This document shows positions 48,608 through 58,714 of a stretch of DNA of 64,000 nt, piece by piece (the first letter of the stretch is position 1; every line of letters begins with the position of its first letter). The notes below the pieces were generated by a model that saw only the letters and a program-made list of their open reading frames with translations, was not told where the DNA came from and did no database searches. Source of the stretch: Trichodelitschia bisporula (Eukaryota); assembly GCA_010356995.1 (NCBI GenBank), contig ML996690.1:1272217-1336216 (forward strand), in the 5' to 3' direction. The translations under genes were made by a program, and so were the position numbers.

Positions 48608-50437
48608 CTAAGTACCCGACGTCCTCGCCTGACGCTTCACACGCCCCGAACGCCTCCTCGTCTCCTGCGCCTGCTTCCTCACCGTATTCGCAACCTCCGC
48701 AATCCGCGCATCCGCCTCCCTCTCCCCCCCCTCATCCACCTCCTCCTCCCCCTCGCCCCAAAACTCCATCGCCCGGGCCAAGAGATCCGTTGCCACGGCA
48801 TCTTGGGGGTTGACCGCCAGCGCCTCATGCAGCGCCCTAATCGCACCATTCAAATCGCCCAACTCGAGACACGTGAGTCCCAGCGCGGAGAAGACGGCGC
48901 AGTCGCGCCCGCCCTCCTGCAGGACTTGGACGAACACGTCGTGCGCCTCGGCGTAGCGCCGAGCGCGCCGCAGGGCGTGGGCTAAGTTGGTGCGGGTAGG
49001 CAGCCAGGCGTGGGGATCGGAGTTCAGGGCTGTGGCCATTTGGAGGGCGCGCGTGAAGGCGTCGATTGCGGCGGTAAGGTCGTTTTCGTGGTATGCCACG
49101 ACGCCGAGTTCGTTGATGAGCAGCGGGTCTGTCTTGCAGAGCGTCCATGCTACGCGTAAGTACTCCTTCGCCAAGCGCAGATTGCCGAGCGCGAGGTTTT
49201 GCATGCCCATGAAGAGGTTCGGGAGATGCGTGCCCTGGAACAAGCGTAGCGCAGTCGAGTACGCGCTAATCGCCTGGTCGTGCTCGCCCTCCGCCGCAAA
49301 CGTGTGCGCGAAGCCGATCCACGCCGGGCCGAAGTGCGGATCCATAGTGCTCGATTTGGAGAAGAAGCGCCGCGCCTCGCTGATTTGGTTTATAGTCAGG
49401 TAGTACACGCCGATGGCGAGGTAGGTCACCGGCTCGTTGGGGTGAGATTCGGCGAGGGTGTGGGCGAGGATGTGGAGGCTGTTTTTTTCGCCGAGTTCGT
49501 GGAGGCAGGCGACGTGCACGGGCATGGCGGGGATGTTGTCGGGATCGGCTTCAAGGATGGCGGTTGTGGCTTGGAGGGCGTCGCGGAAGCGGCATTGGGT
49601 GAAGAGGAGCGATGCGCGCGCAAGCATGATGTCGGCGTTGTGGGCGAGTTTGTAGTGGGTTGAGAGGGTTTCGACGGCCTCGATGGTTTCGGTGGGGTGG
49701 GAGTATTTGGACAGCCGGGTGCTGTAGAGAAGTCGAGTGAACTGCGCTGCCTCCTGGTTTTCGTCTTGGTTCCGACCGTCGCCGACGGTGATGCTGTCGA
49801 AGTCGAGACTGTCGAGGAAGTCCCACTCCTCGTCGCTCGAGAGCAGCGCATTCTTCATCAGTGCGTCGAAGGCCTCGTAGCACTGCACGTCGATGCGCAC
49901 TGCGATCTTGAAGCACTCCTTCGCCTTGTCGAACGCATTGTTCTTGACGTAGCACTGTCCGCGCAGAAAGCACATCCCAGCCTCAGCCTTTGGGTCTGTC
50001 CGATCACGCTCCTCGCTCTGGTCAATGCGGGTAGCCCTCGCGGCAGTCCCGCCATGCCGCAGCTTGCGCCGTGGATTGTTCGGGTCGGAAATCAGGTGTA
50101 CGGGATTCGAGTCGCCGAGCAGATGCAGCGCCTCCTCATACTTGTGCTGTTTGAGCAAGCAGAGAGCTGCGAGGTACTTGCATGCCGAACTATGCTCAAC
50201 GACGCCTTTCGTAGCGAGCAGGCTCTGCGCGCGGGAGAAGTGGCCCTGCGCGACGTAGGACTGGGCGAGGGCGTAGACGTCGTCCGGAGAAGCTAGACGG
50301 GGGTAAGAAAGACGATCTGACCAGAGTCGGGTGGGAGCACCTGACAGAGCTACCAGCTTGTCGCCGACGAAGGAAGCCGCTTCGTGCTGGTTCATGTCCT
50401 GCGCTTTTTGGCGCCACTCGCGGAGGTATTTGTCCAT
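48608..50437 (-). CDS. CDC16: APC/C TPR subunit Cdc16/Cut9 (Apc6), with a probable 48-nt in-frame intron (50340-50293)
   Basis: MDKYLREWRQKA...FVGDKL, AVRIDVQCYEAF, ARRFFSKSSTMDPHFGPAWIGFAHTFAAEGEHDQAISAYSTA, DPLLINELGVV. Confidence 0.93.
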   Translation of the reverse strand: MDKYLREWRQKAQDMNQHEAASFVGDKLVALSGAPTRLWSDRLSYPRLASPDDVYALAQSYVAQGHFSRAQSLLATKGVVEHSSACKYLAALCLLKQHKYEEALHLLGDSNPVHLISDPNNPRRKLRHGGTAARATRIDQSEERDRTDPKAEAGMCFLRGQCYVKNNAFDKAKECFKIAVRIDVQCYEAFDALMKNALLSSDEEWDFLDSLDFDSITVGDGRNQDENQEAAQFTRLLYSTRLSKYSHPTETIEAVETLSTHYKLAHNADIMLARASLLFTQCRFRDALQATTAILEADPDNIPAMPVHVACLHELGEKNSLHILAHTLAESHPNEPVTYLAIGVYYLTINQISEARRFFSKSSTMDPHFGPAWIGFAHTFAAEGEHDQAISAYSTALRLFQGTHLPNLFMGMQNLALGNLRLAKEYLRVAWTLCKTDPLLINELGVVAYHENDLTAAIDAFTRALQMATALNSDPHAWLPTRTNLAHALRRARRYAEAHDVFVQVLQEGGRDCAVFSALGLTCLELGDLNGAIRALHEALAVNPQDAVATDLLARAMEFWGEGEEEVDEGGEREADARIAEVANTVRKQAQETRRRSGRVKRQARTSGT

Positions 50438-51784
50438 TGTGGTGGGGTGATGATGGTGGTAGGGGGGTTGGGGAGAGGAGGGGCGAGGAATGGTATGGGG
50501 AGGGTGAAGTGGAGGAGGCGTTGGAGGAAGAGGTGCGGATTACGGTGGTGGGTTCGTTTCGCGGTCGCAGTCACTGTTTACTGCCAGCGGCGCGGGGCCA
50601 CGCGTGGAGTGGTGATCTCATCGCGGAGCGGAATATTGTGCGGCCCGGGAGCTCTCCTCCGCACCTTCTCCGCGTCTCACACGGTGTCTGAACATCAACA
50701 TTGAATACCAGATATGTATGAAAAATAAGTCTCTCACACGTTGAACACTGGAAAGGCGTCTACCTTCATGCTGGCAGTACTTTTAAAGCAGATTGCAGAA
50801 CTCGCCGAGTCGTGTCTGGGGCTTCATTACACAGTAGTCTCCGAGGTATCCTTGACCGAGAAGAAGAAACCGTACGACATGGAGCTCGAGATTGAAGAAA
50901 TTCTGATGATGCTATCCGATGTTGCGATTTGGCTAGAAGATTCGCGAGAGCCCACTCGGAAGCTTTACACTTCGTTCCTCACGTCTTGTGTGGAAAGCGC
51001 TGCGGATCTTCACACTTATACCGCGGACCTGGCCAAACGCCATTCATGTACGCTCCACGAGTTAGAGAAATGGGAGCAGCTCGAACGTAAAACTTGTCTC
51101 CATCTTTTCTCGGTTAAGGTATTCCTTTTTAACTGAGAACTATGGTTAATTGGCTAATTCCTACGCTATGCGTTTTAGGAGTCACCCCTTTTGCCTTTGG
51201 ACAATTCGCACCTTCAGACAAAGGGCTAGGTGAGCCAAACTTGTCAGGCACTATCTACCAATCTAGGTTGTACTTGCATCCCGATTCTGGACATTCATCT
51301 CTCACTCGTGGTGTCGTGTTGTCATCGCGGGCCTGTCGGTCTGCGGCGAGCCAGCGGCGTGCATGAGTGGCACTCTTTTTTCTCCACGTCGATGCTTAAA
51401 ACGAGTTACTAACTTTGGCTTCTTCCTTTCTGAAAGTAAATCGGTCTGAGTCACTTATCACAGATCTCGGTTTTCACCTTGGCATGGTTTTCACCATGTC
51501 ATCATTGCTGACCTTCGATTCTGAAATGGGTTGATATGTATCGCTATGGCCTTCAGTCCTGACATCATATGGACAACCGATACCACGCTGAGCAGTTGAT
51601 ATCCTGCTTAGCAAGCGAATCTTTGCTTACGACATAGGACAGCCGCCGTACTCGTAAGGTCTTTCACACTTCAGCCGACGAAACAGAACCAGCCAATCTG
51701 CATTATCTGTTAACACTGCCACATTTCAACCGATAGAATAGAACCAACCAAACTGCAATATCCGTCAACTGCCACACCAAGTGC

Positions 51785-52279
51785 TCAATCCTCGGGCCCA
51801 ATATCCGAGACAAAGGCGTGTCCATAGGCCTGGAACTGCACCCCCATGTATCGCATCCCTTGGGCGTCCTTGTTCATGCCCTGGAGCTTGTGGGGTTTGA
51901 TGGATTTTCCGTTATCGAGGGGGGACAGCCACCAGTCGCCGTCTGGAGCCGAGACAATAACACGGCGGACTCTGACGTCCTTATTCCCCACGCTTACGAC
52001 GACGTCGGGCCCATCGAGTTCGGTGATTACGCCGAGAGCGTCGTTGATTCAGCCGCGCGCAGGGTCGCCGTTGCGATTGATGCGTACGCGTCTGACGAGG
52101 TGGGCCCAGCGGATTGTCGGGGCATTTCTGTTTGCATTGATGTCGATGATCGTGTTGTCGATAGCCGTGGTGGAAGCTTCCCAGAACTGCGCGATTTCAG
52201 CCAGCATGACATTGGATCCTCCATCCGAAGGCACATGCCGGAGCCAGTATTTGGGGAGCGTGAGGTTCATGGCATCCAT
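51785..52279 (-). pseudogene. Unknown ~164-codon reading frame interrupted by one in-frame TGA (52051-52049)
   Basis: ORFs 52279-52049 and 51991-51785 are in the same frame, joined by 19 sense codons. The start context is GCCACCATGG. Confidence 0.5.
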
Positions 52280-53302
52280 GGTGGCGCGTGTTGAAGGCCG
52301 GTGAGGTGATGGTGTCGAGTTTGGCTTTTTGGTAGATTATAAACGTCGAGTTTGGGGGTCGTGAATGTTGGCATGTGCACCTGTGAATGTGGATTGATGC
52401 CAAGACGCGATGGTTTGCTCTCTTTCTTTGGGGGCTATTTCCTTGACGTTTGCTGCCGGTATCCGAGATGGGATGGCAGTTCCTTCATCGCGTCTGTCGG
52501 CTGTCTCTCCCCTCCTTGCATCAGATGCCTCCACAACCACTCCACTAACTCAAGATGAGTGCCCACATCAGTTGTCCCCTCGAAGAACGCCCCTCATAAT
52601 CGACTGACGAACGCTTTAGAAAGTTGCTCTCGCATATGCGGTCCACATGCTGACAATCCGGCCCGAGCCGGTTGGGCCATGGCTGCCCCGGAACTTCACC
52701 GGCATCTCAGTGCTGGCATGTAATCAACAGTCTCATCTGCAGGCAAGGATGAAACATCTCGCGCTAAGCGCATGCACCTCGTTCCAGTTATTCCCGTGTC
52801 TGGCTCATTCCCGAAACCTCAGGTGTGGACAAGCCCTCTCTTCGAATATCTTGGGGAAACCCCATTTCGCAAGGCTGAAAAACTCCCAAACAGCATGCAT
52901 CGAGCTCCATTGCCGACGTTCAGATGCCGAAAACCGGGTAGTCATTCTTGCAGCTTCATCGCTTGGGGAAGCTTGACAACCTCTCTGGCGATTGGGAGGG
53001 CATATTACTCCGCTGGCTGTTCAAGCAGCATACATCATGTCTTGAAACACGAAGATGCCCGGTCTTCAACTGCCGAAGTTGGGAACGCACCGTTCCCCGC
53101 ATTTTGCAAGCTCGGCATATCGTGAGGTATCGAGGGTTAGGCGTGCAGTCGGATACTGACCGTGACGACAATCCCTTCTGGATGATTGGCAAGGCTCTCA
53201 TGCACATCAGCGCCGGGATGGGCCCACACCCGGAGGGATCCAAACCTTCGTACATATATATACGTCGCGACGTCACTTTCCCTTTGGCACGCACAACTTA
53301 CC

Positions 53303-54791
53303 ATGGCATTATCGGTTCTGCTTGATTTCATTTCGCAACACTCATTTTTGGCTATTCTTGTGCTTTTCCTCGGATACCATCTCCGCACCAAATACCATAA
53401 TGGACTGAATAAATACCCCGGCCCATGGCTGGCAGCATATACCGACTGGTAGCGTTTCTTCGAAGTGCTGCTGAGCAGAAAGACCGAGGAGACTTACGTC
53501 TATGTTTTCAACACGAGACGTGGATTACCATGCACGGTATCGGCGCTGCGTCAATAATGCTTTTACGATGATGAGCCTCGTCACTCTTGAACCGCTGGTT
53601 GACAGCACGACGAAAGTCTTCCTCGACCAAACGGAGAAGCTGTTTGCGCAGACTGGAAAGATCTGCATTTTTAATAACTGGCTTCAGTACTTCGCCTTTG
53701 ACGTCGTGGGATCGATTACGTTTAGCAAGCGGCTTGGGTTCGTTGACCGCAACGAGGATGTCGATGGAATTCTAGACTTCTTGACTGGATTTGGAGAGTA
53801 CTCCAGTTTAGTGAGTTGTGACCGTCTGTCTCTGCTATGCTGACTTTACAAGATCGGACAAATGCCCGGGATAGACTCTTTACTACGGAAGAATGTGGTC
53901 CTAATGCAGCTGGCTCGATGGGGATTCATCAGCAGAACGTTCCCACTGGCGCAGTTTGCACTTGGAAGAGTTAAAGAGCGGGAGTTAGAGATGAAGGAAA
54001 TCCAGGCGAAGGGGGCGGATGCAATCCGCAAATCAGGCCAGGGCATCGACTTGCTCTCCCGCTTCAACATCGCCGTGCACGAACGCCCCGACTTTATGAA
54101 CCACCACGTCGTACTCACGACCGCCAACACCATGGTCTCTGCGGGAAGCGAGACAACGGGCATTTCCTTGTCCGCCGTGTTTTCCTACCTTGCAAAGCAC
54201 CCCCGCGTTCATGCCCACCTCCTCGATGAGCTCAGTGTCGCCGTGTAGAACGGGACTATCTCCTTCGCTGACAGTCTTGTCTCCTGGGCTGAGAGCCAGA
54301 GACTGCTATACCTCGACGCTATGATCCAGGAAGCGCTCCGGATGTACCCCGCCCTCGGGCTCCTGCTGGAGCGTATCTTCCCACCGCAAGGCGCGGAGAT
54401 TTGCGGGCATCTCATCCCTGGTGGCACGACTGTGGGATGCAATGCCTAGGTATTGCACAAAGATAAAGCGTTTGGCGAGGACGTTGACGTCTTCCGTCCC
54501 GAGCGCTGGCTGGAAGCACCGCCGGAAAAGTTGAAGGGGATGAAGGCGGTCATGTTTCAATTCGGCGCCGGGTCGAGGTCCTGTATCGGTAAGAATATCA
54601 GCATGATGGAGATGTTCAAACTGGTTCCGGCCTTTATCCTGAAGTTTGACGTAAGTTTCCTCTATTTTCCAAAGTCATCACTGACGGGACAGTTCGAACT
54701 AGCGCACAACCACGGCTGGACAACAAGGAATGGATAGTTCGTCCGACAGCAAAACTTCGACGTCATTATCCGGCCGCGCCCTACCACATAA
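53303..54791 (+). pseudogene. Cytochrome P450 pseudogene (pisatin demethylase-like group)
   Basis: N-terminal TM segment, KYPGPWLA, WLQYFAFDVVG, AGSETT, EALR, FRPERW and the heme motif FGAGSRSCIG. It has four in-frame TAG stops (53450, 54246, 54447, 54735) and a frameshifting deletion near 53500. Confidence 0.9.
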
Positions 54792-54799
54792 ATCTAGAA

Positions 54800-56965
54800 C
54801 TATTTGAACATCAACTCATCCCACAACTGATTCGAAAACCGTGCCCTCATCTCATCCACCGTCCATCCCTGCACAGCTCCAATTTCCGCCGCCGCCGTCT
54901 TCCACACAGCGATCTGTTCCTTCATCGCCACGTCGCGGAGATACGTCCGCGCGTCCACGCCCTTGAACGTAAGACCGTCCCACTCCTTCGCCAGATGCGG
55001 CCGCACCTGCAACCCCTCGCCCGTCGCGAGCCACTTATCAGCAACGGTTTGCAGAAAGCCCTGCCACTCGTTGTCGTCCACCGCGTCGGGGACGGTAAGC
55101 ACTTCGATCGCCGCCGTGCCGAACGTATTGCCCTGCATAGGCGCGAGGAGCAAGTCGCTGTCCCCGATGATGCGCATTTCGAGGAGGAGCCGCATCGGAC
55201 TTGACGGATCGAGCGGGTTCTTCGGCTCCGCGTACAGCAGCTTGATCACATCCCACCACGCCCTGCGCGCAACGCCCAGATCCGGCTTCGAGGGATCGTC
55301 CTTACTCGGCGGCAGCGGAATCAGAAACTCCATATTCCGTACCCGCATATTCTGCACCCCACGCCTGAAATGCAACGCATTCGGCAGCGCCGTCTTGATC
55401 GTCGGCTCCGCGCTCTCTCCAAGCGTGGGGGGTAAAATCGCCATCTCACTCGTAGCCAGGAGCTGGGCCTGCCAGTACCCAGGCAGCGCATTGAAGAACG
55501 GGCTGCCAGTCAGCACCCCCGCAATCCACCCCTGGATCCACTCTAGGAACGTGAGTCCCTCGTCTGGATACCCGGTTACGCCAGTGCTGTCGGGCGTGGG
55601 ATTCCAGGTGTGCACCCAGGATTTGGCTTGGTAGGGACACCAGAACCACTCGCTGTAGTAGTCGTTCAGTGCGCGGGTTTCAAACTCCGCGGTCGCGGTG
55701 GCGAGGCGCGTGGATGCGTCGGGGGAGGCAAACCATGAGGGGCGTAGGGCGGGGGGGATGTCGTTTTTGTCCAGCGGCGGGATGGCGAGGCTGATGTCGA
55801 TTTTGCGCGGCTTCATGAGCGCGTAGGACATCCGGTCGAGCTCGAAGGTGACGTGCGTGACGATACCGAACTATCCCATCAGCAAAAACCTCCCCATCAA
55901 GACCCTTACTCACCAACCCAAAGTTCCCCGCCGCAGCAAGCAACTGCCTCGGATCATCGACACTCTGAAGCTTGCCTTTGCAATCCACATACTCGATCCT
56001 GCGCACATAATCCGCAATCGCCTTATGCGCCCTCCCCGCCCCATGACACAACCCCTGCGTGATACCCCCCATCGTCACCTCCACCAGCACCGTGTCCACG
56101 GGCAGCACCCACCCGTTCGCAAGCTGCCACCGGCGGAGCGTCTCGCTCGTAACCCCCGCGCCTACTCGGACAAGTTTCTTCCCCCCGCTCTCCGCGCCGG
56201 GCTCAATGCTTTTCAGCTCGGCGACCTTGGCTGCAGCCGGAGGGTCGCCGGCGATGGTAATCGGGTCGGGGAGTGTGACTGCCGTCTCGATGTCCACGAA
56301 GCTCACGAGCACTTGCCCCGTTTGCCCGAAGACGGGCGCCCAGGAGTGTCTATACCCCGCGGCGCGCACGCGCAACCCTTTCTCCCCGGCGTAGCGGACT
56401 AGATTCTGCACGCCCAGGACCGTGGTCGGGACCGCCGTGTAGGCGGGGGTGTTACTCACGCTATGACCCCAGTTCTCGAACGGAACGGAAGAGTACACTT
56501 CCATCACCATCCTCTTCGCCTCGTCCTCATAGATTATCGGGAGATTCTTCAAATACGCGCGTTTCTCCAGCAATCCCGGCCCATCTTGCGTAACATGCAG
56601 ACAGTCCAGGAACGCGCCTTTTATCGCCTTGAGCAAGCTGAAATGCTGCTTCACCCCGGGGCTCCGGTGATCGCCAGGCTCGAACCCCGTGGCGACAACA
56701 GCGTCCGCGGCCGTCTTCCCATCCGCAAACGCCCCGATCTGCGCCTGTAGTTTCTCATCCCCGACCGCGGCGAGGGCTTCTTTGAAATGCGGCGTCCGGC
56801 GGAGGGCGCGCAGGTACCCGCGGATCTGCACCTCTGGATCGAAAGTGTGCGCTATAACTGGGTTCAGCACGTCGGTTTTGAAAGCATCGAAGTCGACGTT
56901 CTTGAATTGAGTGCGGAAGGAGTCGATGTTTTTCACGATCTAGCCTGTTAGGTCTTGCGCCCTGA

Positions 56966-57039
<74 letters not shown>

Positions 57040-57114
57040 GGGGCTCACGTCGTCGAGAATCACGTCCCGGCTCAGCTTCTCGATACTCGGAGCGGCGGGG
57101 CGTTTGGATGCCAT
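54800..57114 (-). CDS. FAD-binding oxidoreductase of the L-gulonolactone / D-arabinonolactone oxidase type, 3 exons (introns 57048-56940, 55913-55871)
   Basis: FENWGHSV...P, RVRAAGYRHSW, VRVGAGVT, EVTMGGITQGLCHGAG, NFGL|FGIVTHVTF, LEMRI, RPHLAKEW. Confidence 0.85.
56967..57038. repeat. 72-nt poly-G (poly-C on the coding strand) inside intron 1 of the FAD oxidoreductase
   Basis: An uninterrupted G run is directly visible. Confidence 0.9.
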
Positions 57115-57710
57115 GATCGTTGAGGGTGAGGTTGGCGTGGAGCTGGGGCTGGATGGCGCGGGCGATGCGGGCGCGCCGGCATAATGTATCTAAGCTGCAT
57201 ACGAAGGACGCCATGTAGTACAGCTGCGCCCGCGCGGGGCAGCTTCAGCTACTGGGTGCAGCTTGTGGTAGCTGCAGCATAGCTGCATGCGTGGATGTTT
57301 CTCATTCCACTCCGCGCGGGCTCAGCCTTGCGTCTGATTCGGCACTAGCCGGCCGCCAGGGCGGTGAAAGAATGGCCGATTGGCGTGAGGCGTCGCGTGT
57401 GATTGGCGTAGCTTGGCGATAGGGTTGATGGGGAATTTTCTTTGGTTGGGGGGAGCTGGATGATGCCAGCTGGCATGTAGAACTAGGCGATGGATGTCGA
57501 GTGGTGTTTAGCATTGGTCCCGTGCATGTGGTGTCGTGGTTGGCGGGTTGCGAGAAAAACATGCGATTATGCTGCGGGGACTTCCAGCTGGACTACGGTA
57601 CCGGGTAATTGGCGGGTGGAATTATTCGCACATGTGAGAGATTCTGTTGCAGTCATTGCTCGTTACCCGTTACCAGACACTACGTACACAATACAATTAG
57701 ACGCACCCCA

Positions 57711-58714
57711 TCAATACCCATACTTCTTCTTCGAATGCTTGTCGCTCTTCGCCGGACTCTTCTCCGGGCAATTAAACAACTCGAGCGAGGTCTTGCCAAA
57801 CAGCGCCTGGTCCCCGAAGTACTTCTCCACATAGCTCCCATCAACGCACTTCCCGCCCCCCGTCGGCCCAACATGCGGGCAATGCACCTAGGCAAAGTCA
57901 GTACGGTAAGCTCCAATACCGGGTAAGCAAGCAACGCACATCCGGCCTCGACGCCGTCAACAGCAAATGGATACTCCGGCACACAACATTGTCGCCCCAC
58001 GTCTCATCATAGTTGCCATAAGTCTTCTGGCTGAGAACCCCAATGCACTCTTCCACGCTGCCGTACTGCTGATTCGGCCCGGTGCATCTATCCTGGACCC
58101 CAGCGCAGATCCCATAGATACTCCCGGCCTGCACAGCAGGGGCATAGATATCCGTCCCCGCAACATCAGCGATCCACGCACTCAGATTCGGAAGCCAAGC
58201 GTCGTACGCGAGCACCGCGCCAGTCTCATCGAAGCGCCAGAACGCAAACTGATCCTATTAGCCACATCCCCGATGCAAAGTAACAAGAAACCTGACTCAC
58301 CTCCTTGAGGTACGAGATATTGTACCTCGGGTTGACGGGATCAAACGCGCTGGTCTCGAGATACACCGTGCTAGCCGCAACCTCAGGACACCCGCTCGTA
58401 AACTGAACGACATTGCTCTTGCTAAACCCAGTGTATGCAGGGGGCACCGGCACCGACAGCCCGAAGAAGTACTCCAAGCTGTCGTCGAGGCCCACGAATG
58501 CGCCGGCGGGCGTCACGCGGCCGACGACGGAGTCATTGAAGATACCCGGTGGAATCGCAGCAGCGAGATGTTGCAGGATAGGCACATTGTTCGGAAACAC
58601 GGTGAGGTTGTAGATGGCCTCGACGGTAGCCCGATTGCGCGCAACGTACCAGTCGTCATCGGCCCTGTTGGCGGCCGCGGAGGCCAGAAGCGCGAAAAGA
58701 GGGAGGAGACGCAT
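57711..58714 (-). CDS. Conserved fungal secreted protein (SnoaL/NTF2-like N-part, Cys-rich C-terminus), 3 exons
   Basis: Signal peptide MRLLPLFALLASAAA, then IYNLTVFPNN, GRVTPAGAF...EYFFGL, CPEVAASTVYL, WGDNVVCRSIH and HCPHVGPTGGGKC. Confidence 0.85.

Noticed and set aside
50741..51136. 131-codon helical ORF, possibly an NLR N-terminal remnant
   Set aside because: It has a non-ATG start in the track and no motif I can support.
53303..54791. P450 TAG stops rescued by sexual-stage A-to-I editing (UAG>UGG), as known in Sordariomycetes
   Set aside because: Three stops fit Trp, but a frameshifting deletion near 53500 removes a conserved N-terminal stretch, which editing could not repair. RIP-type decay is simpler.
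56755..57214. Poly-proline ORFs
   Set aside because: They are read-through translations of the intronic C homopolymer.
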